Below, piece after piece: positions 1-9,069 of a stretch of 64,000 nucleotides of DNA (within the stretch, counting starts at the first letter, position 1; each line of letters starts with the position of its first letter). Source of the DNA: a virus (lineage: Duplodnaviria; Caudoviricetes); IMG/VR virus record IMGVR_UViG_2706795703_000001, positions 8,140 to 72,139 of that record. One strand, written 5' to 3'. Under the pieces are notes generated by a model. The model had not been told where the DNA came from and did not search any database. It saw only the letters and a list, made by a program, of their open reading frames with translations. The position numbers were made by a program, and so were the translations under genes.

Positions 1-1218
1 AGCAAGTCGCGGCTGATCGGCAACGGCGTGGTCTTCCTGCCCCAGGAACTCAGCTTGCCCAGCGCGCAGGCCCCGACGGCTGAGCCAGCTGACCCCGACC
101 TGCCCGTGCCCATCGTCACCGGCGTACCGGCGGCCGACGAGCTGAGTAACCTGCTGTTCCAGACCGCCGAGGCAGCGGTGGACGACGAGGACAGCCAGGC
201 CGCGCTCATCCCGCTGCTGGCCACCGTGCCCGGCGAGCACTTGCAGAAGATTTTCCACCTGAAGATCGGTAACGAAATTACCGAGGTGGAGATTAAGACC
301 CGCAACGACGCCATCGCGCGCCTGGCCATGGGTCTGGACGTCAGCCCCGAGCGCCTGCTGGGTCTGGGCAGCAACAGCAACCACTGGTCGGCCTGGCAGA
401 TCGGTGACGAGGACGTACAGCTGCACATCAAGCCCGTCATGGAAGTGCTGTGCGCGGCCATCTACCGCGAGGTGCTGGTCAAGGTACTGCGCGGCGAGGG
501 CATCGACCCCGACAAGTACGTGCTCTGGTACGACGCCAGTGGGCTGACCGTCGACCCCGACAAGACCGACGAGGCCACCGCCGCCAAGGAACAGGGCGCG
601 ATCACCCACGAGGCGTACCGCCGCTACCTTGGCCTGGCCGACGAGGACGGCTACGACCTGGAGACCCTGGAAGGTGCGCAGGCGTGGGCCCGGGACGCCA
701 TCGTGGCCGACCCCACGCTGATTACCACCCTGGCCCCGCTGCTGGAGGGCACCGACCTGGGCGAAATCGAGTTCCCCGTGCCCCAGCCAGCGCTACCGCC
801 GGGGGAGTCCGACCAGACCGACGAGGACACCGAGGGCGGCGAACCAGCCACCGAGGACAACGCGGGCAGCGACACCGCCGGGGCCGGGGTCAGCAGCGTG
901 GCCGACATGGTGCTGGCCGAGCGTCTGCTGACCACGCGGGCGCTGGGCCTGGCAGGCAAGCGCCGCGTGAACGTGCGCGACACCGCCCAGAAGGCGCGGC
1001 TGACCGGCATTGCCCCGCACGACTACCACCGCGTCATGGGCCCGGTGGCCGACGCCGACATCCCCCGGCTGATTGCAGGCTGGGACGAAGGACTCGAGGA
1101 GGAGGCGCTGGCGCTGCTGGGCATCGACACCGCCCGCACCGAGGCGCTGCGCAGCGCTGTACGCGCCCAGGTACGTCGTGAGCTGACTATGCCCGTTGTT
1201 GACGCGGAGGTGTGCTGA
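1..1218 (+). CDS. Portal protein, 5' truncated by window edge
   Basis: Frame is open from base 1. It lies directly upstream of the MuF/protease and capsid genes, has an acidic linker plus C-terminal extension, and overlaps the next gene at TGATG. Confidence 0.8.
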   Translation, partial: SKSRLIGNGVVFLPQELSLPSAQAPTAEPADPDLPVPIVTGVPAADELSNLLFQTAEAAVDDEDSQAALIPLLATVPGEHLQKIFHLKIGNEITEVEIKTRNDAIARLAMGLDVSPERLLGLGSNSNHWSAWQIGDEDVQLHIKPVMEVLCAAIYREVLVKVLRGEGIDPDKYVLWYDASGLTVDPDKTDEATAAKEQGAITHEAYRRYLGLADEDGYDLETLEGAQAWARDAIVADPTLITTLAPLLEGTDLGEIEFPVPQPALPPGESDQTDEDTEGGEPATEDNAGSDTAGAGVSSVADMVLAERLLTTRALGLAGKRRVNVRDTAQKARLTGIAPHDYHRVMGPVADADIPRLIAGWDEGLEEEALALLGIDTARTEALRSAVRAQVRRELTMPVVDAEVC

Positions 1219-3716
1219 TGTGGCCGCTGCCTGGTGAGGCGCTGAACCGAACCATCGAAGTGGAGGCGGGCATTGCCGACCTGTACGCCGAGGCCCTGAA
1301 TACGTGGTGTCACGGGGCGCGCGCTGCGGTCCTGCCTGAGCTGCCGACCAGTGAAAACGATGTTCTCACTGCTGCTGGGAGTTTGCCGCCTGAGCCTGGT
1401 TCTTCCGATGAAAACGCCGGGGTCTGGGACCAGCTATCGACTGAGCTGATCCTAGCAGGTGTGTCAACTCTGTGGGCGTTGTCGCTGGTAGAAGCAATGA
1501 ATGGGATGGGTATTGACTTACCGAATATTGACCTGACCGGCCGTGATGCGCCGGTCATACCGTCTTCGGTTGCCCGTGCCATTACTTCGACTAGCGAAGT
1601 AGCTGTAGAAGAACTTCGAGCAGCGGTGGACACGGTCGAGTCGGTGCCTGCGCTGCGCCAGGCCCGCGACGACTACGTGGCTACCCAGCGCGAGGCGGTG
1701 GCAGCGGTACCGGCCGTGGTGCAGGACAAGGTCAGGGCAGCGGTGGACGCGGTCAAGGTGGACGCCGCCCAGCATGACCCCATGCACGTGGACAACGACG
1801 TGCCGATTATCGAGGTCTACGTGACCCGCCAGCGCGAGGCAGCGGCGGCGGTGCTGACCCCGGGCAGCCCCGAGCTGCGCGACGTCGCGCGCAACGAGGG
1901 CTACCAGGCCGCCAGCATCCAGAACGCTGCGGTGGTGACCGCCGCCGCCCAGTCCGAGGACGAGCTGGAGAAGGTCTGGATTGCCACCATTGACGGCAAG
2001 ACCCGTCACACCCACTTCGCTGCCGACGGCCAGCGCGCACCCCTCGCCGGTAAATTCACCGTCGGTGCTGCCCTGCTGGAATTTCCGGCAGACCCCGCAG
2101 GCCCGGCGGCCGAGGTGAAGAACTGCCGTTGCCGGGTCGGCATCCTGGCACCGGACGAGGAGCTGCCTGACGAGGTCGACCGTCACACCGAGCGGCTGAA
2201 TGGCCGCGACAGCGTGCAGGTCAACCGCAAGGGCAGCCAGGCCGACGAAATCCAGCGCCGGGCCAAGCAGGGCACGATCCGCGCCCGTGACGACGAGGAC
2301 GGGGTAGGCCGCACGGCCAGCGCCGCACCAAGTGAACAGGAGTACGACATGCCCCAGCCCACCCCGGCCGACACCGCTGCCGCCCTGGCCGCTGCTGCCG
2401 ACGATGACGCGGCCGAGACCTTCCGCACCTTCACCGACCAGCCCATTGCGTTCGTCGGCGTGGAGACCAGCGACGGCCGGATGCTGGCCACCGACATCGA
2501 GTTCAGCGTGCGCACCCCGCCGCTGCCGATGATGTGGACCAAGCAGACCGGGTACGGCCACGAGGACGCCTTCACCGTCGGGGTCATCGAGTCGGCCCGC
2601 GTCGACGGTGACACCGTGCGCGGGTCGGGCTACTGGCTGAACACCACCGAGGCCGACGAGGCGTTCAACGAAGCCAGCCACAAGGTCAGCCGCCCCAGCG
2701 TTGACCTGGCGCGCACCGAGTGGATGCTGGCCGACGAGGACGGCAAGGAAATCACCGAGGAGCAGTGGTGGGACATGCCGCCCGACGCCAAGGTGCTTCA
2801 GGTCATCACCGCCGGTGAGCTGATCGGGACCACCATGGTGGCCACCCCCGCCTTCGGCGACACCATGATCGAATTCAACGACGAGCGCGAGACCCGCGAT
2901 GCTGCGCTGGTTGCCAGCGCCGCCGAGTCGTTCCGGCCCCGCGTCTACAAGGCCGAGCTGTTCGCGGACCCCCAGCTGTCGGGCCCGACGCTGCCAACCA
3001 TGGACCCCGACACCGGCCGCATCTTCGGACACCTGGCCTGCTTCGGTGCCTGCCACCGCAGCATCCAGGCCGAATGCGTGGTGGCCCCGCGCAACGGCAC
3101 CGACTACGACGAGTTCCACACCAGCCCGGCGGTGCAGCTGGACAACGGCACCCGCCTGGCCGTGGGACGGCTGACCGTCGGCACCGGCCACGCGCCCGAC
3201 AGCCTGCGCGGTGGCCCAGCCCTGGCGCACTACGACAACACCGGCACCGCCTGGGCACTGGTCCACGTCTACGAAGATGCCCATGGCATTGCCTTCAGCG
3301 GCGTGGCTGCACCCTGGGCGACGGCCGAGCAGATCGAGGAGGGCCTGTCCAGCCCGCTGTCGGGCGACTGGCGCGACTTCGGCCGGGGCCTGAAGCTGAT
3401 TGCCGCGCTGTCGGTCAATACCCCCGGCTTCGCCGTGCGCGGGCGCGAGGGCGACATGGGCCAGCCGGTCGCGTTGGTGGCCAGCCTGGGCCCCGACCCG
3501 CGCAAGCTGGCCGGGCAGCGTCAGGCGTTGGGGGCCAACGACATTGCCGACATCGTGGCCCGTGCCGTCACCACCGCCCTGGCCCAGCGCGACACCGACG
3601 CCGAGCTGGCGGTGCTGTTCGACCAGGCCGACGAGCAGCTGGGCCCGCTGCCGCAGCCGCTGACCCCCGACGAGGAAATCGACGCGCTGCTGGCCGACGC
3701 CGAGGCAGGTGCCTGA
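1218..3716 (+). CDS. MuF-like minor head protein / capsid maturation protease fusion (832 aa)
   Basis: MuF motif KVWIATIDGKTRHTH...NCRC is followed by a protease-like region (ETSDGR...SVD). ATG 1218 overlaps the portal stop. Confidence 0.8.
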   Translation: MWPLPGEALNRTIEVEAGIADLYAEALNTWCHGARAAVLPELPTSENDVLTAAGSLPPEPGSSDENAGVWDQLSTELILAGVSTLWALSLVEAMNGMGIDLPNIDLTGRDAPVIPSSVARAITSTSEVAVEELRAAVDTVESVPALRQARDDYVATQREAVAAVPAVVQDKVRAAVDAVKVDAAQHDPMHVDNDVPIIEVYVTRQREAAAAVLTPGSPELRDVARNEGYQAASIQNAAVVTAAAQSEDELEKVWIATIDGKTRHTHFAADGQRAPLAGKFTVGAALLEFPADPAGPAAEVKNCRCRVGILAPDEELPDEVDRHTERLNGRDSVQVNRKGSQADEIQRRAKQGTIRARDDEDGVGRTASAAPSEQEYDMPQPTPADTAAALAAAADDDAAETFRTFTDQPIAFVGVETSDGRMLATDIEFSVRTPPLPMMWTKQTGYGHEDAFTVGVIESARVDGDTVRGSGYWLNTTEADEAFNEASHKVSRPSVDLARTEWMLADEDGKEITEEQWWDMPPDAKVLQVITAGELIGTTMVATPAFGDTMIEFNDERETRDAALVASAAESFRPRVYKAELFADPQLSGPTLPTMDPDTGRIFGHLACFGACHRSIQAECVVAPRNGTDYDEFHTSPAVQLDNGTRLAVGRLTVGTGHAPDSLRGGPALAHYDNTGTAWALVHVYEDAHGIAFSGVAAPWATAEQIEEGLSSPLSGDWRDFGRGLKLIAALSVNTPGFAVRGREGDMGQPVALVASLGPDPRKLAGQRQALGANDIADIVARAVTTALAQRDTDAELAVLFDQADEQLGPLPQPLTPDEEIDALLADAEAGA

Positions 3717-3937
3717 TGTGCGGCTGCAACGGTGGCGCGGGCAGCGGCAACCGCAACGACACCATCGGCTACTACGTCGTGCTGCCGGGCGGGGCCATGC
3801 TGCCCGACGGGGTCAACCCCACCGACCCTGCTGCTGGGGAGCCGCCGTACGCCTTCTACCAGGAGGCGCACAACCAGGTGGTACTGAACGGCGGGGGCAC
3901 TGTGCGCCGCCTGCGCCGGGTGCCAGCAACCACCTAG
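3716..3937 (+). CDS. Small head-region protein (73 aa, MCGCNG...)
   Basis: TGATG coupling to the protease gene; GC-rich third codon positions; Cys-rich N-terminus. Confidence 0.7.
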   Translation: MCGCNGGAGSGNRNDTIGYYVVLPGGAMLPDGVNPTDPAAGEPPYAFYQEAHNQVVLNGGGTVRRLRRVPATT

Positions 3938-4080
3938 CTAGGCGGCGACTTTGCGGCAGCGATGCCGTTTGTTGCACACACCTTCGTTACTGTCGACCAC
4001 CAGAGAGTTCCCGCCCGCGTTATGTACCGGGGGACGATCACCGAAAGCCATGTACGCGCTGCTTAGACAAGGAGTTCGCA

Positions 4081-5886
4081 GTGTTCGTCTCCCCCGCTCC
4101 GCATTACGGCGTGAGCTTCCGTGCCCGCAAGGTGGGCCAGTTCGACCACCAGATGCCTGCCACGCTGCCGACCGACGCCGCCGCCCTGGCAACGCTGATC
4201 GCCAGCGCCGAAGCAGACATCAACGTCTACCGCGCCCGCCGTGGTGCAGGCGAGAAGCTGACCGGCGCTGACGCCACCCGGCTGAAGTCGCTGCTGGCCG
4301 ACGTCGGCACCCTGGCCGCCGCGCACGCCACCGCCGTGCTGGCCGATCAGGAGGCTGCCCCGGCTGACGAGGCTGAGCTGGACGCGCTGCTGAACCCGCC
4401 CGCTGACGAGGCCCCGGCCGACGAAGCGCCTGCGGACGAGGCACCGGCGGCCGACGACGAGGGCGACGCCCCCGCCGACGACGCCGACGCGCCAGCCGAC
4501 GCCCCGGCTGTGCCGGTCGCTGCCAGCGCCACCCCGACCAACGGCACCCGCCCGGTCAACTTCAGCGCGGCCAATGGTGGCACCCCGCCCCCGGCTGGCA
4601 ACGGCGAAGGCCCGACCCCCGGCTGGATCATGCAGCCCGGTGTCCCCGGGTACAAGGCCGGTCAGGACAAGGTCGGCTTCGCCCAGCTGGCCCGCCAGCT
4701 GGACACCATCCGGCCCGGCAGCCGGTCGGTGCGGGCCAACCGCCCCGACAAGCACATGGACGGCCAGTCCTTCAGCGCCCAGGTCGTGTCGGCGCTGACC
4801 CGTGACATGCCGGTGGTGGACGACGCCCACGCGCTGGTCGCGGCCATCAACAAGGCCACCAGCGAGGTCAAGGGCGAGCGCGTCACGGCCGAGTCGCTGA
4901 CGGCGGCCGGTGGCTGGTGCGCCCCGTCGGAGCAGCTGTATGACTTCTGTGACGTCCCCGACGCCACCGACCTGCTCAGCCTGCCCGAAATCACCATCAA
5001 TCGCGGTGGTGTGCGCTGGCCGCGTGAGCCCGATCTGTCCGGCATTTTCGAGGACTTCGAGTGGTTCTTCACCGAGCCGGAACTCGAGGCCGTCGACGGT
5101 GTCACGGGCTTGCCTACTGCCGTCAAGCAGTGCGTGGAAATCCCGTGCCCCGAGGACTTTGACGAAATCCGCCTGAACGCCGTGGGCTGGTGCGTCGAAG
5201 CGGGCATCCTCCAGGAACAGGGCTGGCCGGAACTGATCGAGTGGTTCATGCGGTCGCTGACCCAGGAGCACCTGCGGGCGCTGTCGCGCCGGTCGATCCT
5301 CAACATCGTCGCCGGGTCGGGTGCCGCCAAGGTCATCCCGCCCACGTCGGTCATGGGGTCGGTTGCGTCGGTGCTGAACAGCATTGCGCTGATGGCCACC
5401 AACATCCGGCTCAAGCGTGGTCTGTCGCGCACCGCCACCATCGAGGGCATCGCGCCGTCGTGGTTCTTCGAGGTGCTGCGCGCTGACCTGGCATTCCGCG
5501 AGGGCACCGACACGTTCGCCGTGTCGGACGCTCAGATCCTGGGCTGGCTGACCGCGCGCAACATCGCGCTCCAGTTCGTCGGTGACTGGCAGACCCGTGG
5601 CGCGGGCCTGCCGGGCAACCTGGACACCCTGGTGTGGCCGTCCACCGTGCAGCTGGTGCTGTACCCGGCGGGTACCTGGTTCCGGTCGATGAGCAACGTC
5701 ATTGAGCTGGGCGTCATGTACCCCAAGGAACAGCTCCAGGTCAACCGCTTCACGCGGATGTTCACCGAGGACGCCATTGCGGTGGGCAAGCGCTGCGGCG
5801 AGTCGGTCCTGGTGACCATCCCGCTGGACGTGACCGGTGCCATTGGCCAGCGCGAGTACCTGGCAGCCAATACGCCTGCACCGTAA
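4081..5886 (+). CDS. Major capsid (hexamer) protein with N-terminal scaffold-like region (601 aa)
   Basis: SD AAGGAG precedes GTG 4081. Acidic PADEA repeats in the N-terminus, then a capsid-like domain (AAGGWCAPSEQLYDFC). Position follows the protease gene. Confidence 0.85.
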   Translation: MFVSPAPHYGVSFRARKVGQFDHQMPATLPTDAAALATLIASAEADINVYRARRGAGEKLTGADATRLKSLLADVGTLAAAHATAVLADQEAAPADEAELDALLNPPADEAPADEAPADEAPAADDEGDAPADDADAPADAPAVPVAASATPTNGTRPVNFSAANGGTPPPAGNGEGPTPGWIMQPGVPGYKAGQDKVGFAQLARQLDTIRPGSRSVRANRPDKHMDGQSFSAQVVSALTRDMPVVDDAHALVAAINKATSEVKGERVTAESLTAAGGWCAPSEQLYDFCDVPDATDLLSLPEITINRGGVRWPREPDLSGIFEDFEWFFTEPELEAVDGVTGLPTAVKQCVEIPCPEDFDEIRLNAVGWCVEAGILQEQGWPELIEWFMRSLTQEHLRALSRRSILNIVAGSGAAKVIPPTSVMGSVASVLNSIALMATNIRLKRGLSRTATIEGIAPSWFFEVLRADLAFREGTDTFAVSDAQILGWLTARNIALQFVGDWQTRGAGLPGNLDTLVWPSTVQLVLYPAGTWFRSMSNVIELGVMYPKEQLQVNRFTRMFTEDAIAVGKRCGESVLVTIPLDVTGAIGQREYLAANTPAP

Positions 5887-5906
5887 GGCAGGCCGCACGT
5901 CAGACT

Positions 5907-5960
5907 GAGGGCGGGCGAAGTGGACAACCCGAGGCCGTCCGCTTAGCCCGCCCTCTTCTC
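5907..5960 (+). terminator. Long hairpin plus weak U-tract between the two capsid genes (terminator/attenuator)
   Basis: GAGGGCGGGC (5907-16) pairs with GCCCGCCCTC (5946-55). Inner stem AAGTGGAC/GTCCGCTT. Followed by TTCTC. Confidence 0.65.
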
Positions 5961-5979
5961 GTCTACCCAGGAGGACCAC

Positions 5980-6768
5980 ATGACCGCCCCCGTTATCGAC
6001 GTGGTGCATTTCGACGTGCCGCCGGTCAACCCGACCACCTACGGCCTGTATGGCGCGGTCGGCACCTGGCAGACCGACGACGAGCCCAACCGCTGGCATC
6101 ACGGTGTCGAGTTCCGCAGCACCGGCAACTACGGCGGCGAAGGCAGCTTCGGGGTCTGGAACGCCCCGTGGTGCGGTGACCCGGTCCCCGCCGATCAGAT
6201 CAAAGACGGCGAGCGCCCCGGCAACCTGGACCCATTCGAGCGCACCGTGGTGTGGGCCTATGACGAATGTGACCTGACCGCGCCCAGCCGCGCAGAGGTC
6301 CAGGCGCGTGCTGCCCAGGTGCTGCGCCTGGAGGAACAGGTGGCAGTCGAGCGGGAGTTCGCGGCGCGGATGCTGCTGGACGCCGCCGACGTCGCTACCC
6401 CGATCCCCACCGCTGCCAGCCTGGCCCAGGCCGTCGGCGCGCTGGAGGCGGCGGTGGCGCTGACCAATACCCAGGCATACCTGCACATCGCGCCGCAGTG
6501 GGTGGCCCTGGACACCGACCTGTTCAAGAAGTCCGGCACCACCTGGACCAGCCCGCTGGGCAACATCTGGGTCATCGGTGGCGGCTACGTCGACGGCCTG
6601 GAAGACACCATCGTGGCCACCAGCCAGCCCTACGGCTGGCGCGACGAACCGACGGTGCGCACGGCCATAGACGAGCGGGCAAACATCTTCGCCGCAGTGG
6701 CCGAGCGTAGCGTTCTCATCGGATACGAGGCGGTCATTGCCGCTGTGACCATCACGCCCACCCCGTAA
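5980..6768 (+). CDS. Major capsid pentamer protein (262 aa)
   Basis: SD AGGAGG; immediately after the major capsid gene; cluster B-type arrangement. Confidence 0.7.
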   Translation: MTAPVIDVVHFDVPPVNPTTYGLYGAVGTWQTDDEPNRWHHGVEFRSTGNYGGEGSFGVWNAPWCGDPVPADQIKDGERPGNLDPFERTVVWAYDECDLTAPSRAEVQARAAQVLRLEEQVAVEREFAARMLLDAADVATPIPTAASLAQAVGALEAAVALTNTQAYLHIAPQWVALDTDLFKKSGTTWTSPLGNIWVIGGGYVDGLEDTIVATSQPYGWRDEPTVRTAIDERANIFAAVAERSVLIGYEAVIAAVTITPTP

Positions 6769-6778
6769 GGAGCACGAC

Positions 6779-7612
6779 ATGCCCGCAGGCATCATCGCCA
6801 CCGTGGACAACGGCTACGCCACCATCGACTTCGTGGACCCGGCGCTGCGCGGTCCGGCGTTGCAGGAACTGATCGAAATTGGCGGGCCCGCCAGCGTGGA
6901 GACCATCACCCGCGACGGCCCGCGTCGCAAGTACCGCGTGCTGGTCGGCAACGCCCAGACCGCCGGACTGCTGGACGGTGACGAGGTCGGTGACGTCTGG
7001 TCTGCCGGGCGCGACACCGGGGCGGCAGCGGCGACGGTGGCGGCCGACCCCAACGTGAACCCGGGGTCGGACAATGCCAATTGGCACACCCCGGTGGCCG
7101 AGTACACCAGCGCCAACGCCTACGTCGGCAAGGTGCCCAACGCCACCGTGCTGCACAACCGCAACCAGGTCTACACCGGTGACGCCAACAGCACCGGCGG
7201 CGACGTGCAGCACCCGCCGACCCACGCCGAGGTCATCGCGGGCGTTCAGGCGGCCAAGACCCCGCCCACCGAGGGCTTCGCTGCCCCGCAGGCGCGGGCG
7301 GCCATGGTCGCGGGCAGCCTGGCTGAGCAGACCAGCGCGCTGGGCAGTGACCCGGGCGGCTGGGCAGAGCAGCCGGGTACCGACGAGGGGGCACCGGCTG
7401 ACGCCCCCAGCGCCCCGCAGGGCGACGAAACCGCCACCGGCGACACAACGACCGCCGACACCCCCGCCGAATATCCTGATGGCGAGCCGACGGTGGACTG
7501 GACCCGCAAGCAGCTGGACGCCTACGCGCTGGCCGTGAAGGGCCTGGACACCACCAAGCTCGACAGCAAGGCGGCTGTGCTGGCTGCGATCAACGAGGCA
7601 CCCAAGGAGTAG
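6779..7612 (+). CDS. Virion-associated protein with C-terminal HeH/LEM-like helical domain (277 aa)
   Basis: SD AAGGAG; C-terminus PTVDWTRKQLDAYA...SKAAVLAAI. Confidence 0.65.
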   Translation: MPAGIIATVDNGYATIDFVDPALRGPALQELIEIGGPASVETITRDGPRRKYRVLVGNAQTAGLLDGDEVGDVWSAGRDTGAAAATVAADPNVNPGSDNANWHTPVAEYTSANAYVGKVPNATVLHNRNQVYTGDANSTGGDVQHPPTHAEVIAGVQAAKTPPTEGFAAPQARAAMVAGSLAEQTSALGSDPGGWAEQPGTDEGAPADAPSAPQGDETATGDTTTADTPAEYPDGEPTVDWTRKQLDAYALAVKGLDTTKLDSKAAVLAAINEAPKE

Positions 7613-7615
7613 CTG

Positions 7616-8017
7616 ATGACCGGTCATCAGACCGCCACCAGTGTGCGCGCGTGGCTACAGGCCCGCATCCCCGCCAGCTGGCGTGAAGCCTGGTACCGCA
7701 TTGCGTCGGGTCTGGTCATGTTCCTCTTCGCCTTCGGGCTGCTGACCGCCGACGCGGTGACGCTATGGCTTCAGCTGGCCGTGGCCACCGTGACGCTGCT
7801 GTTCGCGCTGCTGTATACGACCAGCCCGGTGCGCATCGCCTTGTATGCCATCGTGGCCCCGGTCGGTGCGGTGCTGCTGTTCTACGGCGTGGTTGACGAT
7901 GTGCGCTGGGCCTTGATCAGCGCCGCCGTCGCCCAGGTCTTCGGTATCACCACAGCGGCGGCTAAGACGGTCACCGTCGATACTGGCGGTGCAGGCATTG
8001 GCCCGACACGGCAGTGA
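7616..8017 (+). CDS. Holin-like membrane protein (133 aa, about 4 TM segments)
   Basis: Multiple hydrophobic segments; SD AAGGAG; cluster B-like position. Confidence 0.65.
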   Translation: MTGHQTATSVRAWLQARIPASWREAWYRIASGLVMFLFAFGLLTADAVTLWLQLAVATVTLLFALLYTTSPVRIALYAIVAPVGAVLLFYGVVDDVRWALISAAVAQVFGITTAAAKTVTVDTGGAGIGPTRQ

Positions 8018-8379
8018 CAAACCCGTGGGACGACGGTCCCCGACACCGGTCCTGGGCATCCAACACGATGCTCTCGTTTGTGCTGCTCATTGTGCTGATC
8101 ATTGCCACGGTGGTCAGTGACTACTTCGGTGAACCGCCGAACTACCTTGTCGGCCTGCTGGGCACGGCGGCCGGTGCATTCTTTGCCGCCATTGGCAGCG
8201 ACAAGCAGAAGCGCGACGCCGAGACCCGCGACATTGCCATCACGGCTGAAAAGACGGCACGCCGCGCCGAGGCCAAGGCCGACCATGACGGGGTCATTGA
8301 GACCACGCCGCCCGCCACCCCCGGGGAGGGCGTCGGAAGTGCCGGGGACGGGGACGGTGGGGGCGGTGGGCAACGGTGA
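8014..8379 (+). CDS. Membrane protein (121 aa, 2 TM)
   Basis: Two hydrophobic helices then a charged tail; GTGA overlap. Confidence 0.7.
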   Translation: MTNPWDDGPRHRSWASNTMLSFVLLIVLIIATVVSDYFGEPPNYLVGLLGTAAGAFFAAIGSDKQKRDAETRDIAITAEKTARRAEAKADHDGVIETTPPATPGEGVGSAGDGDGGGGGQR

Positions 8380-8987
8380 CCGCTGTACTTGAACTTGTCT
8401 ACAGCTTCCCATTCGCCACTGGGCTGGTGGTCGGTGTGGTCGGTCAGCGTGCGTACGCCCACGGCGTGGCCAAGTACCAGGACGTCCACCACCCCCTGCC
8501 CAGCGGTCGGCACCGCAAGGTGCCCGGCATCAGCCGCGTCTGGGTAGCCGGGCTGGTGCTGCTGGCCACCCTGGGCTACGTGCTACTTCAGACCGGCCAG
8601 ACCGAGGCCAAGTACCGGGGACTGGCGCGCAGCATGTACGACTGCCAACGCGAGTTCAACCAGGCGCTGAAGGCCCGTAGCCAGATCACCACCGAAAACG
8701 ACCGCATCAGTACGCAGCAGCGCGATCTGTTCACCGCCCTGGACGAGGCGGCGGGGACACTGGTCGACCGCCAGCTGAACCCACCGGCCGACATTGCCGC
8801 GCTGCCCATGGACAGCCCCCGGCGGCTGGCGTGGAACGAGGACGTGGCCCGGGTGTACTACCAGCGCACCAGCAAGCTGCGCGGCCAGATCGCTGACCTG
8901 CGGGCCGAGCAGACCCGGCTACAGCACGAACGGGCTGCGCACCCGCTGCCGGAACCGACATGCGGCAGCACGCCGCCCGGGGCCTAG
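8376..8987 (+). CDS. Membrane protein with coiled-coil C-terminus (203 aa)
   Basis: Two TM segments then heptad-like helices; GTGA overlap. Confidence 0.7.
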   Translation: MTAVLELVYSFPFATGLVVGVVGQRAYAHGVAKYQDVHHPLPSGRHRKVPGISRVWVAGLVLLATLGYVLLQTGQTEAKYRGLARSMYDCQREFNQALKARSQITTENDRISTQQRDLFTALDEAAGTLVDRQLNPPADIAALPMDSPRRLAWNEDVARVYYQRTSKLRGQIADLRAEQTRLQHERAAHPLPEPTCGSTPPGA

Positions 8988-9069
8988 CTGCACCGTCGCC
9001 GCCTAGTGTTTGGGACAGCCTCGGAGACCGACCTGGCGCGTTGCGCCTGACACCAGGAGGAACCAGCCA

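Noticed and set aside
3940-4080. Structured autoregulatory leader or promoter upstream of the capsid gene
   Set aside because: Only short pairings (CGCGT/ACGCG) and a TACTGT hexamer without a properly spaced -35; too weak to call by eye.
3709-4080. 725-aa capsid start at 3709
   Set aside because: It overlaps the 73-aa gene and crosses a non-coding-looking stretch; SD AAGGAG supports GTG 4081.
4370-4510. Tandem 15-bp repeats in the capsid gene
   Set aside because: They encode the PADEA acidic linker of the scaffold region; ordinary low-complexity coding repeat.
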